Of a stretch of DNA of 64,000 bases, positions 43,001-56,794 are shown piece by piece. Source of the stretch: Kudoa neothunni (lineage: Eukaryota; Animalia; Cnidaria); NCBI GenBank assembly GCA_964304625.1, contig OZ199838.1:13741002-13805001 (forward strand). The letters run 5' to 3'. Each line of letters begins with the position of its first letter. Positions within the stretch are counted from its first letter, which is position 1. The notes beneath the pieces were generated by a model, which was not told the DNA's origin, ran no database searches, and saw only the letters and a program-made list of their open reading frames with translations. The position numbers were made by a program, and so were the translations under genes.

Positions 43001-43459
43001 TTCCAAAATATATTTACTTAATTATATATACATAGAATGTATCGTTATGGGTAATCTTTTAGTTATATTTTAATGTTTATCGACAAACTACATATTATTG
43101 GACTTATACAAGTGCACGCGCTATGCCTAATGGTTCGAAGTTTAAGCGATTATAAATACATCTTTTCTAGAAGGGAAGGATATTTTTGACTATTAGAATA
43201 AATATTTATATTAAATACTTACCAAATAATTTTATATGTAATCTGTAAACCTTTCATTTCAAGCATTGTAAATGTGATAACATGTAAATATTCATCATAA
43301 AAATTCCCGTAAAAACAAAATTCTTATTTGTAAAAATTAGCTAAACAAATATCTGAAATCAGATTTTAATTATCATTAGAAACCTAGAAAATACTCCGCA
43401 CCGTGGAAATAGCTAGTCCCGACAAAGGATTATACGTATCTGTGGAAGTAGCCAGCGCC
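40047..43459 (-). mobile_element. Decayed MULE of a related family
   Basis: ~160-bp imperfect TIRs starting GGCAGTGGCTA and ending TAGCCAGCGCC, with flanks TACTTGTC/TACTTTTC. Minus-strand transposase remnants (LPEVMFIGVTYKLLNS, APLYIT, VTD*DR, ICRFHV, SNRLE) parallel the intact element. Confidence 0.85.
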
Positions 43460-43524
43460 TACTTTTCTAATTAATTTAAATCGTATCTAAGTATAAATAA
43501 ATTATTTTGTAATGAAAAATGGTA

Positions 43525-45130
43525 ATGAGGGAGTATCCAGATCAAAATTTCCCATGTTCGCGAATTCGCAAATTCCCCGATTCGTATATCCCATGATTTA
43601 ATTCAATTCTAAAACGCGTTACCATAAATCACGCTTCGGCATCAATCGACCGTCGCGCATATCGACGCGCAAACAGTTTTTCCTTGTTTTTGGTGTAATT
43701 AACCGTCAAAATCATACAATATTTATAGTTTTTTAGTGTATATCATTTTTATGTCTATTAAAAAAAGTTTATTTTATATAAATGGTTGTATACAAAGAGC
43801 AATGATACTGTTAGATTGTTTCAAGCGGCGTATGAAATACACTCAAATATATCAAACCAATACACTCTACTAATTTCTCTTAGCACGTGGTTATGTTTAT
43901 ATTTTTATATATTAGTTTAATAAATAATCCGTGACAGATACTTAATATTTTTATTTTCATTATGGATAAATAATAGTATTGAAAGTAATATATCTTATTT
44001 CTTCAAAAATTTGTAGAAACAAATTTATATATCATTATTTTAACCTGTTTCGATATAACTGTATCATCATGGCGGACTTTATAACTCAGCGTCAATTTTG
44101 TCACGTTTTGTTCCTCATGAATGCATTATTTGCTTTCCTATCTGTTAAAGGATAAATAAAAACCTTGATGATGTAAGAATTATCTCAGATGTAACATTTT
44201 TTTCTTTAATATTTGTTCCCAGACGCGATTATAAATTCATTTTCACCAGGATCTTCACATTTTTTGGTAAAAATAACAAGTTAAGAGGAAACACACCCAA
44301 ATAAACAGTGTCTCGCTTATTTAATTAATATAACTTTGGTGTATTGAAGAACTTAGATGTAAAATGACGGCATTAACAGAAATATTAGAAAAAAACATTG
44401 ACCGTTTACTTCTCATGATTGGAAAATATTTTCTGCAGAATTTTTCAACGTTAGAAGAAATTGGCAGGAGCTAACAAAATAGACAAAGTTGACGAATGTC
44501 TCTTAAGAAGTCGCGGTAAGAACGACTAAACAAATAATTTGTAATGGGCAAATAATTTAGACACAGCATATCAATAAATAAGAGATTTTTAGTCAAGTAA
44601 CGTGTTCACAAACGATCCCAAAAAATAATGCGAAAAACATTAAAAAATATTGTGAAAATATAATTAAACTTAAGATTATTCATGCATTTGAACACTTTAA
44701 CATATATCCTTTCGATTTACGGACCATATTTATTGTTAGGGCGTATGAAAATAATATATAAACTAAAACATAAATTATATTATATTATTTTGGGGTATCA
44801 GTCAAGTCAATTGCAAAACCGACGCTTATAAGATGCAGTAACAAAACTGAATAAAATCTGAACGTTGGTTCCAATAAATAATGTCAGCCAGGTGCTTTTC
44901 TGTGAACGTAAAAATTACATAGATTTAAAAATTATGATTATTGTATGATTTTAACGGTTAATTACGCCCAAAGCAGGGAAAAACTGTGTGCGCACCGATA
45001 TGCGCGACGGTCGATTGATGTCGAAACGTGATTTTTGGTAACACGTTTTAGAATTGAATTAAATTATGGGATATACGAATGGGGGAATTTGCGAACATGA
45101 TGAAAATTTGGGAGCTGGATACTCCCCCAT
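43525..45130 (+). mobile_element. Long-TIR (~190 bp) non-autonomous element, possibly Merlin-derived
   Basis: 43523-43720 is the inverse of 44940-45132. Internal remnant at ~44460-44530, IG/GANKIDKVDECLLRSRGK, resembles Merlin IGG.N.IVEIDE. Confidence 0.75.
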
Positions 45131-45189
45131 TAACGAGAAAGTTTTGGTCTTAGTTTCTGTAGTGTCGTGCAAGTTCGAGACATTCTAAT

Positions 45190-45970
45190 CCACGTGTTTC
45201 AGTTATGGCAGGTGTTGAGTTGTCCTTACGGCTATATTAATGCATCGTGGAAACGTTGTTTCGCTCAATAGCCAATAGCGAAAGCATGGACAGTTTTTTG
45301 AAACTTCTCGTGCAATATATTTGATGTAACATTCACAATAATAACGAGTTTTACGTCAGACATTTTTTCTGAAGTAACTCAACACTTCTCACACCATTAA
45401 TATTCTGAGAAAAAACTTTTTTACAGTATAAGTTTTGAAATTTCTAAAGATCTTATTACAGAGTGTAAATATCGCAGGGAAAGGATCGAACTTTTAATGT
45501 TTCCTAATTGAAACCTGTATGTGTAGTTTGAGATTGTAAAAATACTCGGCCAATCCGCAGAAAGCAGGGGAAGGGAAGTTAGGTATTGTTAGAGGGAAAC
45601 TTGATTTGGAAAAATTGGATAATGGTTATTGTGCTTCCAGTTCACAGTTGATGATAAATAAATAGAGCCTTAGCGTTAATTGTCACCGATGGGAGATAGT
45701 TGACATCGATGAAGGTGATGTTCAAATTCTCTAAGTGAATAGTGCGGAGTAGAGTTGAGAGGCAAATTTGAGAAGCATTGGAATGATACGCCATCAGCCC
45801 AATCGATTGCACATGCGAATAAAACACAAAACTTCTGTATACCGAATTCCATTCGAGTCCCTTATGCCTCGTAATCATTGAGTATTGTAAAGGATTTCGA
45901 ATCTTCACTTAATCACGCATAGAGGAACCCTAGGGGGAAGATTACGCTATTTTTGTCGAGTATGAAATAA
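45190..45970 (-). mobile_element. Possible Penelope-like retroelement relic
   Basis: Scattered minus-strand remnants in the expected order: PLGFLYA (GSPLG-like), NITFIDV (FLDV-like), YYCECYIKYIA (GIY-YIG-like C.C..YIG). Very degraded. Confidence 0.3.
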
Positions 45971-48184
45971 ATGACGTGTTTTTTTTTGAGCAAATATTTT
46001 ATAGTACGAACCACAATTTTTTAAATCTTTTGAAAAAGTCGGAATAATCTTCATAAATAAAATTTAGAAAAATCGATAATGCTATTGACAAGGAAATTCC
46101 ACGGTAAACACGATTACCTATTTCATGCCGAATAAATTAACTCATTTTGAGTTATTGATAAAACTATTATTTATAATAGATGATTTCACGGTTAATCCAT
46201 TTATGGTGATGCAACCATTTTCAGATGAAAACATATTAAATTCAATATCGTTCGAAGAAACGAAATGTACACCTAAACATTCAAAAGCCCATCTTATTAT
46301 CATCTCAAACTTTGGTTTCAATAAGAATAAACTGATTTACGATATAAAAATATTTTATCTATATTTATTAGTACCGAACAATTTATTCTTTCAAAATGAC
46401 ATGATTCAACGGGAAATACAAAATGGCGATAATTCAGCCATTTTCATGGCAATTCAAATAAATTATAGATATTATTGTATAATTAGTATCATAACATAGA
46501 AATCACTGAAGTGTTAGAAAACTTAGAACTACCAAGATGTGAAATTTTAATACAGCTCTGGAAAGGGCGAAATAACAACATAACCAAAATTCAAACAAAT
46601 TCGTAGGTTCTCAAAACGATCTTTACAGCAAAAAAATTGTTGTAATGAAGAATTACCATTTTATGTTGAGCTAGAAAATTAAAATAAATAAAGCATTATT
46701 TTAGTTGAAATTCCCCATGAAAAATGATTGTGTATCTTTAAGATGTTGTAAATAAATGAGAAGCAGAATTAAATAATTTTGCCGTATGTAAAATTACGAA
46801 AACACATTATTAGAAAATCATAACCATATATTATCTCTTGTATTATTTGAATAGGATATTTCAATCTCAAATAATTAAACGAAATAAACGAGGTAGCTAA
46901 AAATACTAACTGCGGTACCCAAACCGTTGAATATTACTAAAAAATCATCTTATCTATGTCAGTTATTGCTTTTAAATGAAAAATATTTAAATACAAATTA
47001 GTAAGATAACTGCGACATTATGAAAAACAGAACGGCTCACTATTATTAATCTTGAAGTAAACAATTTTTTGCTTAGATGTTGAAGCTGAATGACGATGGA
47101 TTCGGTTTTTGAATAAACTGAATAATTTGTTACATATGACATGTGTTTAATTTCGAAATAAAAATTTGTACAAATATAGTCTACATAGAAGAATATATTA
47201 GTCAGACTACGTTTTAGTTTGTCTTTCGATAAAAAAGGGGGAAGATATTTTCACGGTAAATAATACTCAGATGTCACTTATTTTGACTAAATTAGTTATT
47301 TCTGGCCTCCCGCTTCACTTTCAAGGGCAGAAATAATTAAACTGAGCCACTTTTAAAAAATTAAATCTGTATATGTTTTATTCCTTTAATTTTTTTAATT
47401 ACATAAATAGTCGCACTCTCTATAACATTTAACATATTCTTCGCAGATATCCACTTTTCTTTTGGATTATTCAAACACTTCAAATTTTTCTTTTTATCGA
47501 GGAGTGATCATTAGAATCAACTATCAAGTATCTTTTTTATAAGAATAACTGTTAGATTTCATCACATATACAATATCTAATATATTTTCTTCATTAATGC
47601 TGGTATTGTTATCACTTTATTCCATAAAAATCCATACCCACCGCAACAAGGAAACTTATATACATGAATAAAAATATATCTTTAGCTATGGGATATTTTT
47701 ATTTATCCAATTAGATTAGAATTTTCGGAATTAATACGTAATATCAAACATAATATGAACGTTAAAAAATCTGAGGTTCAAATTGACTCCACTATATTTA
47801 AAAGATGTTCTAATAATAAAAATTTGCTAAATTCTTTGTAAGTATCTCAACTCATATTTTAATACAGATTAACAGATAATGGTTTAATTTTAAAAGTTGA
47901 ACTCTGTTTATTAATAGATTTTATGAAAAGTACAAAACAATTTTGTTTGAGGTGCAGATGGACCCCATTTTCTTCAGAGGGTTAAGCATAAATTTTTCTG
48001 AACTCCTAAAATTTCACAATTATCAACTTTTAAGATTGCGGAATAGGTTTAAATAATAAAATTCAGTCTCTGTATTAAACATATTCTCTTCTAATATTGT
48101 TACTATGTGTTTTAACTTTAAACGGAGAACGCCGAAATATCACATGTATATATACTAGATTTATTACAATATTAGTACAAACGA

Positions 48185-51100
48185 TTATTGTAGGAAATTA
48201 TCTTGACAATAGGCAAAAAGGTGAGTTGTAGCTCCAGATATCTAAAAGAGAAATCGCGTCAATGATAGGTTTTGGTTTATTAGTTATGGATAGGTATACC
48301 TCGTTGATGGAATTATACACGCTACTATCATTGAAGATGAGATACTCACTGAGATTGGCAGAAAGGATCCAGGGTGCACTTGAGCATATAATGTTGCGTT
48401 ATTCATGTAATTTCCTTTGTGGTAGACAACGCTACAAAGTTTGTATGTGGGTGCAGGTGCGGAGCATATAGGATCATGAGGATCATGGTGGGTAGATGGG
48501 CGAAAATGGGCATTCTTTATAGTTGATATTGTAGTTGAATAGATTGAGTGTGGTGTCAAAATAAACGGGCGTTTTTGATTTTTTGTGATCCATACTTGGA
48601 CACTCTGTTAGTTTGAATAAGGAGATATAAAGGCCATTTTTTCACTGCAGTATATCTATGAAGAACGGTTGATTGCTTGCAGTTGCTGCATTTACTAGAA
48701 ACAGAAAAAAATCAACACCATATCTACAATATGAGTAGAATACTGTTCGATGATCATTTCAGGCAGTAACTCTCGTAAAAATAGCTTCATTGATTGTAAC
48801 ATGGTTTCCATCCAACACTCTCACATTGAAAATAAACTCAGATTCATGACGAATACTGATATGATTGCATTGGGAAACAGATGGAAGTGACCGCTTTTGT
48901 TGTCTAAATAGTTCCGTGTAATCCACGAAAAAACAAAAAAAACTCACAAAAAACAAATCTGATAAACGAGGATAGTTATTGTAGGGAAAAGGCGTTCCGA
49001 AATTTTGTTTACAATAATATTTAGTAATTCAGACACATCATGTTGCATCAATGGATTCAATCCGATATAATTAATAATACTATCCCGTTTATCTTCTAAA
49101 TCTTTTTTGGAAGATTCTGACAAAAGCCACGATTTATAAATTTTATAATTTGAACCAAAAAATTTATATTTTAATGAGTTTATCAATTTGACTTGTTGAC
49201 ACTGCTTTTATCTAAATAAATATTAAGCCAGGGATTTTAACGTGTGTGCTCATCTAAAGAATTACCGCGCAATAAGAAATTGTAGAATAGAGGTAGCGAT
49301 CGTAGCAGATGGAAGGCCGAGTTAAAAAAGCAATAGTTACCAGGGTTGTTGAGTACTGCAGTTTTGCTCCACAGAGATTTTTGCTGCAACCGAAAACAAA
49401 ATTAATAAACTTCCACTCTCTATAATTGCACAGTTGAATGTACTATATTTGTCCATTGTTTGGAAATTTCAATCACGTCAGAAACACGATGTTTATATTC
49501 AAATTTACTATCGTCAACTTCGTTGGTAGTTGATTCAACTTTATCTACAGATTTCATTGCTATTTTGCAGTATTAAATCGAGCACATTATAAAAAAAATA
49601 ATTACATTTTTTATAAATTTCAATCGAAGACATTGATAACTGATCTGTTATCACAAGGGATGCGTCCAAAATCTACAATAAAATATATGTACGGTTATCC
49701 AAACAATTTTATAAAAAGTATGCTCACTTTTTATAAGGCTATTAATAGATTCGTCAGCGGAGGAAGTAACACATTTTATTTCTAATCAGGCAATCACATC
49801 AAATATTTTTCTTAAAATCTCTTAATAACCTTTCGTGTTGTATTCTTGAAAAAAATGTTCTTTCCATTCATATACGTATTTGAGGATGGCGAGTTTTTAG
49901 AGGATTGATCTGAAATAATGATTAAATGATAAAATGATTGGTTAGCTAAAGATCTTATTATATGACTAAAGCTTACTCGATTTGACCCCATTTTTTGGGC
50001 TATTATTAAAATGGAATGAGCCACTCATTGAAGTTGACTTTCTGAACTTTTTTTTAGGTATTCCTTCAAGATACCATCAATATGACGGTCGGTATCGAAG
50101 ATATTGTTGGAATTCATAGTATTGGCTGATTGCTCTAATAGAAAATTGAAAAAGTATACTTTAAAAGTATCCAACTTGGTTGAGCCGGGCGTGCTATTGA
50201 TGGAGATTCGTTATCAATTTCAATTAAAGTGTTGGGTTTTTTTACACTCAGCTGATGCGTCTATTTCAACTTTAGGAGGTGAAAGAGGTGGCAAACTTTC
50301 CAAGGGTTTATCTTTGTGGGGGTGGTGAATCATTCCCTGGCAATAAATTAGGCGTCAATATGGCATCATTTATATGTGATTGTAATTTGGGTGGGTGGTT
50401 ACCGTTATTTGATTCTACACTACTTTCTAACGAATTTTCTAAATCACAAAAATTATTACTACCACGCGGGTTACGTGTTGACACCTAATTGGTTGTTTGG
50501 CTTTGAGCGATAGTCAACAAAGTTAACGCCGGATTTCGGTCTTCTCTTCATTCTTTCTTCCATAAATAAACAGAATGGGCTAATTGTTTTTTGAATATTC
50601 TCTGAAATATTCTCACAAGTGTCTAAGCCTGACTCTAGAAATTCAATCAAATTTCAGAAAAATACCTTGTTTAGTGGTAGGAGAATCGTCCTCTAGAAAC
50701 GTTGGCTTAGAGGTGAAATCCTAAATATTAGTTTCACATTATTTAGTCGTTAAAAAATGGGATTGATAATGTGCCTTTTTTGGTTAAGGGGCACATATCA
50801 ATACAAATGCTAACGATATTGTACTTCATTAGAAACTTCTGCGGTGGATGTCAACATATCACCTCCATTTTGATTATTTATATTTGCAAGAACTTGTTCA
50901 GCTGAAGTGGATTGTATAATGGTTGTAGTCGAATGACCGAATGAATTATTCGATGTCACATCGTTTAATTTGCTCCCTTAAAAATAGGATGAATCATCAG
51001 AGACACGAGTTATAAAATATGCCCATTTTTTCCCCATTGTTGTAGTAGTAAGGTGATGTTTATAGTCAAAATCAATTAGATCAGTATCTACACAAACAAT

Positions 51101-52130
51101 ACAGGGGAACAATCACAACACGATTTTTTTACTGCTGTGGTTAAGACCATTATCCGTGAGGATATTTGATACGAAATGCATTCGGATTGGTCATTTAAAC
51201 CAGAAATCAAGTGATTATACGACAAATCTTCACCACGTTGAAGGGAGTGGCTGAAAAAACTATTAGCCAACCTGGCAAAACAAGTTAAGCTCACTCAAGA
51301 CAATGTTTTGAAACTGGCACATGATTCTTATAAAAAAATATACAAACATGTTCCCTCAAAAATTTATTCACTAATTACCAATGCAATCGATGAATAACCA
51401 TGAATGATAGAACTATGGGAAATGGGGTTGAAATTGTCAGGATTAAAAATTTGAAATGCTATCAATACGGGCGGTGAAACATTGCTTACAAAATAGCCAT
51501 ACAATCGTCATTATTTAATGAATGTTCTTGCTGATATGGGGTTCAACGGAGGATAGCAGATTGGGTGTAGGAATTAAGAGGGTGGGATCTGGAAGGAGGA
51601 GGGAGGAATTCCGTTATAATTTCTTTCTCACAATGAACATCCATTGGAAATTTGGCGATGTAATCATCCACAGTACTCGCCATGATTGTATTGGAGGAGT
51701 GAAATTAATTGTCTCCCCGAACACACTATACAACGATTCAACCAATCCCAAATAAATTGGGAATTTTTTCACATAGATTTCCAACGGATCATTATTCGCG
51801 ATAATAATAATTTGGATGGTATTCGAAAGGTAGCTATACACTTGAAATATACTAGAAAGTTAGATTGGTGAGATAGAGCATATCCATATAAGATACTTTT
51901 TAGCTATCCGATCCAAAGACTCCTTGGAATATTTATCGGATGAGTCGTACGGCAAAAGCAATTGATGAGGGCATCTCAAGGTGATATTGGAAGGATATAA
52001 CGATTGGGTTGTCCATTCTAGTGTCAACAAAGAGAATAGAGTTTGAGATTCGACCAACAGTTTATGTATTTTTAAATTGGTTATATACATAATGCAGGGT
52101 AGCACTAAAATAATCAGATTGAGATACATG
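48185..52130 (-). CDS. USP-family deubiquitinase, USP8-like (rhodanese-like region + USP domain), with multiple 1-nt frameshifts in this sequence
   Basis: Cys box LNNPGNYCFFNSAFHLL (Cys 49330-49332), QHDVSELL (QHD 49037-49045), KCSNCK..KKWPLYLLIQTNR, YKLCSVVYHKG..HY, YLIFNDSSV, HLFAYCQ..*. The 5' boundary is uncertain and the USP8 assignment is tentative. Confidence 0.8.
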
Positions 52131-53739
52131 CAGAAAAGTGACAGAAAAATGACTAATTATTGATAAAATACAAAAAATTAAGCCTGCCTACTCCCTATAC
52201 AGCTCATTAATTTAGTTGATGCGAAAATCATCTTAGTAGGAGGATAACGGAAGATGCTATATTATTATTAGAAAAAATTGATACCTATTGTTAGTTCTGA
52301 CAGTATTAAAACTATATTTATATTAAATCCAAAAAAAAATAATGTGAAAAGTTATTTCATGAGGATAACCACCAAAAATTATTTCACCTACTCATTAATC
52401 CTCTAAGAAGATCAAACTTACCAGTTCTCTAAGAAATATACGTATATGTCAGAAATTCACGTTTATTTTTTATTTTTATATTAATAATAATAGATATTAA
52501 TCAGTGTGATTTAAATCTAGTGTACATATTGTAAAATATGTTAATCGTATTAATAACTCAGCAAATATATTTAATACTGCATTCTAAATACAACTAGAAT
52601 ATTCTCATCGATAATAAATCAACTGTTAAAAATGAATTAATAATCTAAAATCTTCCTAAAAAGAAATAACTTAAACTTACCTTTAGATGAACGAATGTTA
52701 ATCCCTTAATTGGTAGAATAGTTTCCAATCGAGCTAGAATTCATATGGCGCTAAACATATTCCATTGGTGAGAAATATAAATTTGCCCAAACAAATATTG
52801 AATTAATACCATTCAGTTGGTGAGAAATCATTCGTAATTTGTTGCAATCCAGAACCGAAGATAAACGATGTCTTAACTAGTGTAAGGTAATTCGAACGTT
52901 TTCGGATGCGATTAACAACTCAAATGATGAAATTTATTGCCTCATAATATTATTTATTAAATTAAATATTATTCAACTTATTTTTCGCTCTACATATCAT
53001 TAATTAATATGTAATGCTTTATTTGAAAGATACGTCTCTGATAAATCCGCTTATTAATATTAAACTATTTATTTGGATTTCTCACAAGAATATATAGATT
53101 ATTTTTAAAGCTATATTAAAAAATACAGAGACTATTTGTTAATAAATTTTAATCCCAGTAACTCTTGCTCACAAGCTATATAGACTTAATTTTTTAAAAT
53201 CTGCAATATTTAATTATTTGTGACGGTAAAAATTTATCACATTGGCCGTAATCCAAATCAGCGACAATCTACCAAAACAAACCCATTAAATATTTTAATA
53301 ATGAGTATTGATCAGTGTTGCGTCATCAGTAGGATATTTTCTGCAACCGCTACTTATTATCACAATAGCACATACAATAATCTATTAATGCAGAGAATTC
53401 TTAGTCCCTCACGATTATTTCGACAGGCTATATCACCAATTAAGTTGGCTCAAATAAAGCATGCTTTATGTGTTGTAGAATTTAAGTCGGACAACTCTAA
53501 TTAAGCTGGATCGTCATGTTTCATCCTTATCGATTGCTTATTGTTAAATCTATGTCAATAAGAAAAAAGAATTCGTAGTTCATTCAAGCATTAGGTGTTC
53601 AATTGTAGCAAATGCATAACCATAATATCAAAAATAGCCTAACTTTGATATACACCCCCTAATCCGATTTAATAAAGGATTGACGCCATCATTATAAAAC
53701 AATATTAAAACATAACAAATCTAGTTGATATTAACTAAC

Positions 53740-54660
53740 AATTTTTTAATGAGGGGATAAACAGCCAGCCTATAAATCATGATTATTTTTTTGTCTCCAT
53801 TGAAATTCACCAAGAAATGCATTGATACCATCCATACTGACGGAACCATCTTCATTTACTGAAGATGTTCTGTTTTCTGGTGATATTTTGTATTTGATGG
53901 CAACCCACATTCCCTCAATGGTCTTTGTATGAGTCCCTATGGTATTATCCACATATTAGATACTGTGATTTATAATGAGATGAACACAGAAATTATGGAG
54001 TGTCCCATAACTTTTGAAGCAGTCAGTTATGATAATGGAGCCAGGGTGGATGTATGTTTTAATTTTTTGGATAAGTGTCTCGGCGGTTCTGTCAGGAACC
54101 TCTATTAAAAATATCTTTCGTTCTGGTGTCCTTTCTACACCTCCAAGAACCCAGGCTCCATTAAAGCCATGCCCTCGGTTATGCTTCACCTTGCCAAATT
54201 TGGACTCATCAATCTCAACAATTATGTTTTCTCCTCCAATAACTATGTCCTCTAAGTCCATACTGTCTGCTACTAGTTGGCGAAGATGGTGACAATAGTT
54301 TGTAATTGTTTGAGAAGAGTGCCCCGTAATTGTAATCAAAGCAACGCTTTTCACACCCACGAGCCGGTAATATGCCAACTCCAAGAGATTATGGAGTTTT
54401 ATTTTCATATTACTGAAAAATGTTGACTAAAAAATGGAAATTTCCTTTCTAAAAGTTATGGCACAGCATTGCTAATTTGTTGGATGTATTGAATGGTGAA
54501 TGGCTGGTACCATTGCACCTCATACAGTTATCCGGTTATTTGAAAATACCAACATTGATAAGATAATGGATAGAGTTATCCTCATTGCAAAAAATATTAT
54601 AAAAAGATCTTCTTGGGGAAATCATTCGCGCAGTTCTAATGATTTTCATTAGACAATCCT
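53740..54660 (-). mobile_element. Merlin (IS1595/IS1016-like) transposase relic
   Basis: IGGENIIVEIDESKF, WVLGGVER, IHPGSIIITDCFKSY, INHS, GTHTKTIEGMW. Frameshifted, and TIRs were not located. Confidence 0.9.
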
Positions 54661-54666
54661 TAAATA

Positions 54667-56561
54667 CAGTAAGCAACCGATTTTACACATCCATGCTTGC
54701 GCAGACGCAATTTAAATATTACATTTTTAACTCTTAATCGCCGAGAAAACATGAGTGGATAAAGATGATATGCGATATAGTAAACTAGATTATATTTTTA
54801 TCCTAAAGTTTGAAAAAATCTGTTATTTTCGATTGTTTAATATTTTTTCACATGATATCGTATACGTTGTTCTCAAAATTTGTATGAATTCTGAATCGAT
54901 CAACATCATTTTTCGGAAAGAATTTTTTAAGTTCGCCGATGGAATCAATAGCCTCTTTGAAATTCAGGACAGGGGTATCCTCAGATTTATCTTCAAGCAC
55001 TTCCTCATCGGATCCTTCGCCATCCTTAACCAAATCCACTGAATTATCCCTACTATCTAAATCTAATGTAGAATAACCATCGTATAAGCAGCAAATTTCA
55101 TCCTCCTCCTCCTGAATCATTCCGTTTATTTCGCCATTAATTTGCTCTGGGCATATGATATCACTGCTTTCTCGATTAGATGCGTTTTTTTATTATTAAA
55201 TCATCGCTTAGTGCTATAGGGGACAATTTATCAATAGGAAAATAAGCTTTTTTAAAAAAATTTCTAATTTTTCCTGGAGAAACCATATCCCAAGTATCTC
55301 TTATAAGAAACATTGCCTCTAATACGTTCGGAGGGATGGGATCAATACCTGTTTCGACACAAGCAATATATCGCTTAATCGTTGCTTTTTTTGTAGGCAG
55401 ATTTAAACGAATATATTATCTCCAGAGCAAGAGGTTGTAAAACATTCGTAGTTTTTTTGGGAGAGAAAACCCATTTTTATATTGCTCAAATTTTTTTTTA
55501 CAATGGCTGGATGCATTATCAAGAAACAATAACACATGTTTATTCCTTTTTTTCAAATAATTGATTAAGCTAGGTTATATATCTCAAGAATACATCACTA
55601 TTCATCCAACCTTTATTATTGTTTTCATATAACACAGGAAGTTTTTAATATTCTTAAAACAACGAGGGTTTTTGTGTTTGCCGATTATTAGTGGTTCGAG
55701 TTTTTCACCACTCATTAAGGCACCTAATAAAATAGTTACTCGCTTCATAGATTGTTTGGTCCCCCTTATATTTCTCTCTGAGAAAACTACAAAACTTTTA
55801 CCTACAAAATAAATCCAAACGTTAAAAAATTACATATTCCTATCTGTTTCTGATAGAATAATGCAGATTCGTCGATATTATATATATACAATCTGAATTA
55901 TAATTTTCACATATGTCTTAAAGTTGTGGAATCCACATCTGCAGCTTCGCCATTGAAATTTATTTTTCTTAGGTTAAATCGCTTTTTAAAGCCCTTAAAC
56001 CACCAAATTGTCACATTTTTTGGCTTCTTATTTTCAACAGAAAGCTCAATTCTTTTATTTATGATATCAGATGAGGTGATTTCGATTTTCTTATCCCTCA
56101 TAAAATAGATCCAATCATAATCAATGTTTGGTCCATTATGAATGTTTTTTCTTTTATTTGAGGCCAATCCTCCTTCAACAATAGAAATCATTTTCTCTTT
56201 CTTAAGAAGAATCCCATTTAGGGTGACAATATTCGAAATTTGGAAATGTTTTACTGTTGCTATCTTGGCGTGTTTAAAGGGTAAACTTTCGAAATACTTT
56301 ATTATTCTGTATTTCTCTTCCAAAGTTCTAACTACTTTAGCATTAGTTCTTGCCATCTGTATTATTTAATTGATATCAAACAAAAATTTAATCAAAGAGG
56401 GTCGAGAAAAGTGTGTAAAATCGGTTGGTCGCGTGATATTTATTTCCTCATTTCAACTATTTGAAATTATTTATTTCTAATTCAAACGCTAAAAATCTAA
56501 ACATATATTTTATTTCAATCTAATAATTTTTTCAAAAGTGTGCAAAATCGGTTGTCTACTG
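54667..56561 (-). mobile_element. pogo/Tigger transposon 1 (decayed)
   Basis: TA|CAGTAAGCAACCGATTTTACACA ... TGTGCAAAATCGGTTGTCTACTG|TA. CENP-B-like HTH start (RTLEEKYRII, WFKGFKKRFN, GEAADVD), FLDNASSH and TNVLQPL, with stops and frameshifts. Confidence 0.9.
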
Positions 56562-56794
56562 TAGTACACTTTGTCGGCTTAATTTGTCTCATGCGGCAGT
56601 ATTAAAGGGCGGAACATGTATTATAGGATTAATTAATAATCATTAAAATGCAAAGAATTTCACAGGGGGGGTCTAAATCAAATGTGATCCTCAATAATAA
56701 TATATTGAATGAAAATAAGTCATTCCTAGAAAAAATTATAGCATAAATGTAACGCTAATTTGGGTTTAAAAATATAGGATTAATATTCGAACTA

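Noticed and set aside
48944-49186. Resemblance to 2',3'-cyclic-nucleotide phosphodiesterase (YKSWLLSESSKK, plus an HVT motif nearby)
   Set aside because: The segment lies between a clear USP Cys box and the QHD box, so it belongs to the USP domain.
17967-54292. Antisense ORFs overlapping real genes or transposases (e.g. 17967, 19228, 26146, 33160, 37869, 54014)
   Set aside because: They are shadow frames of coding sequence on the opposite strand.
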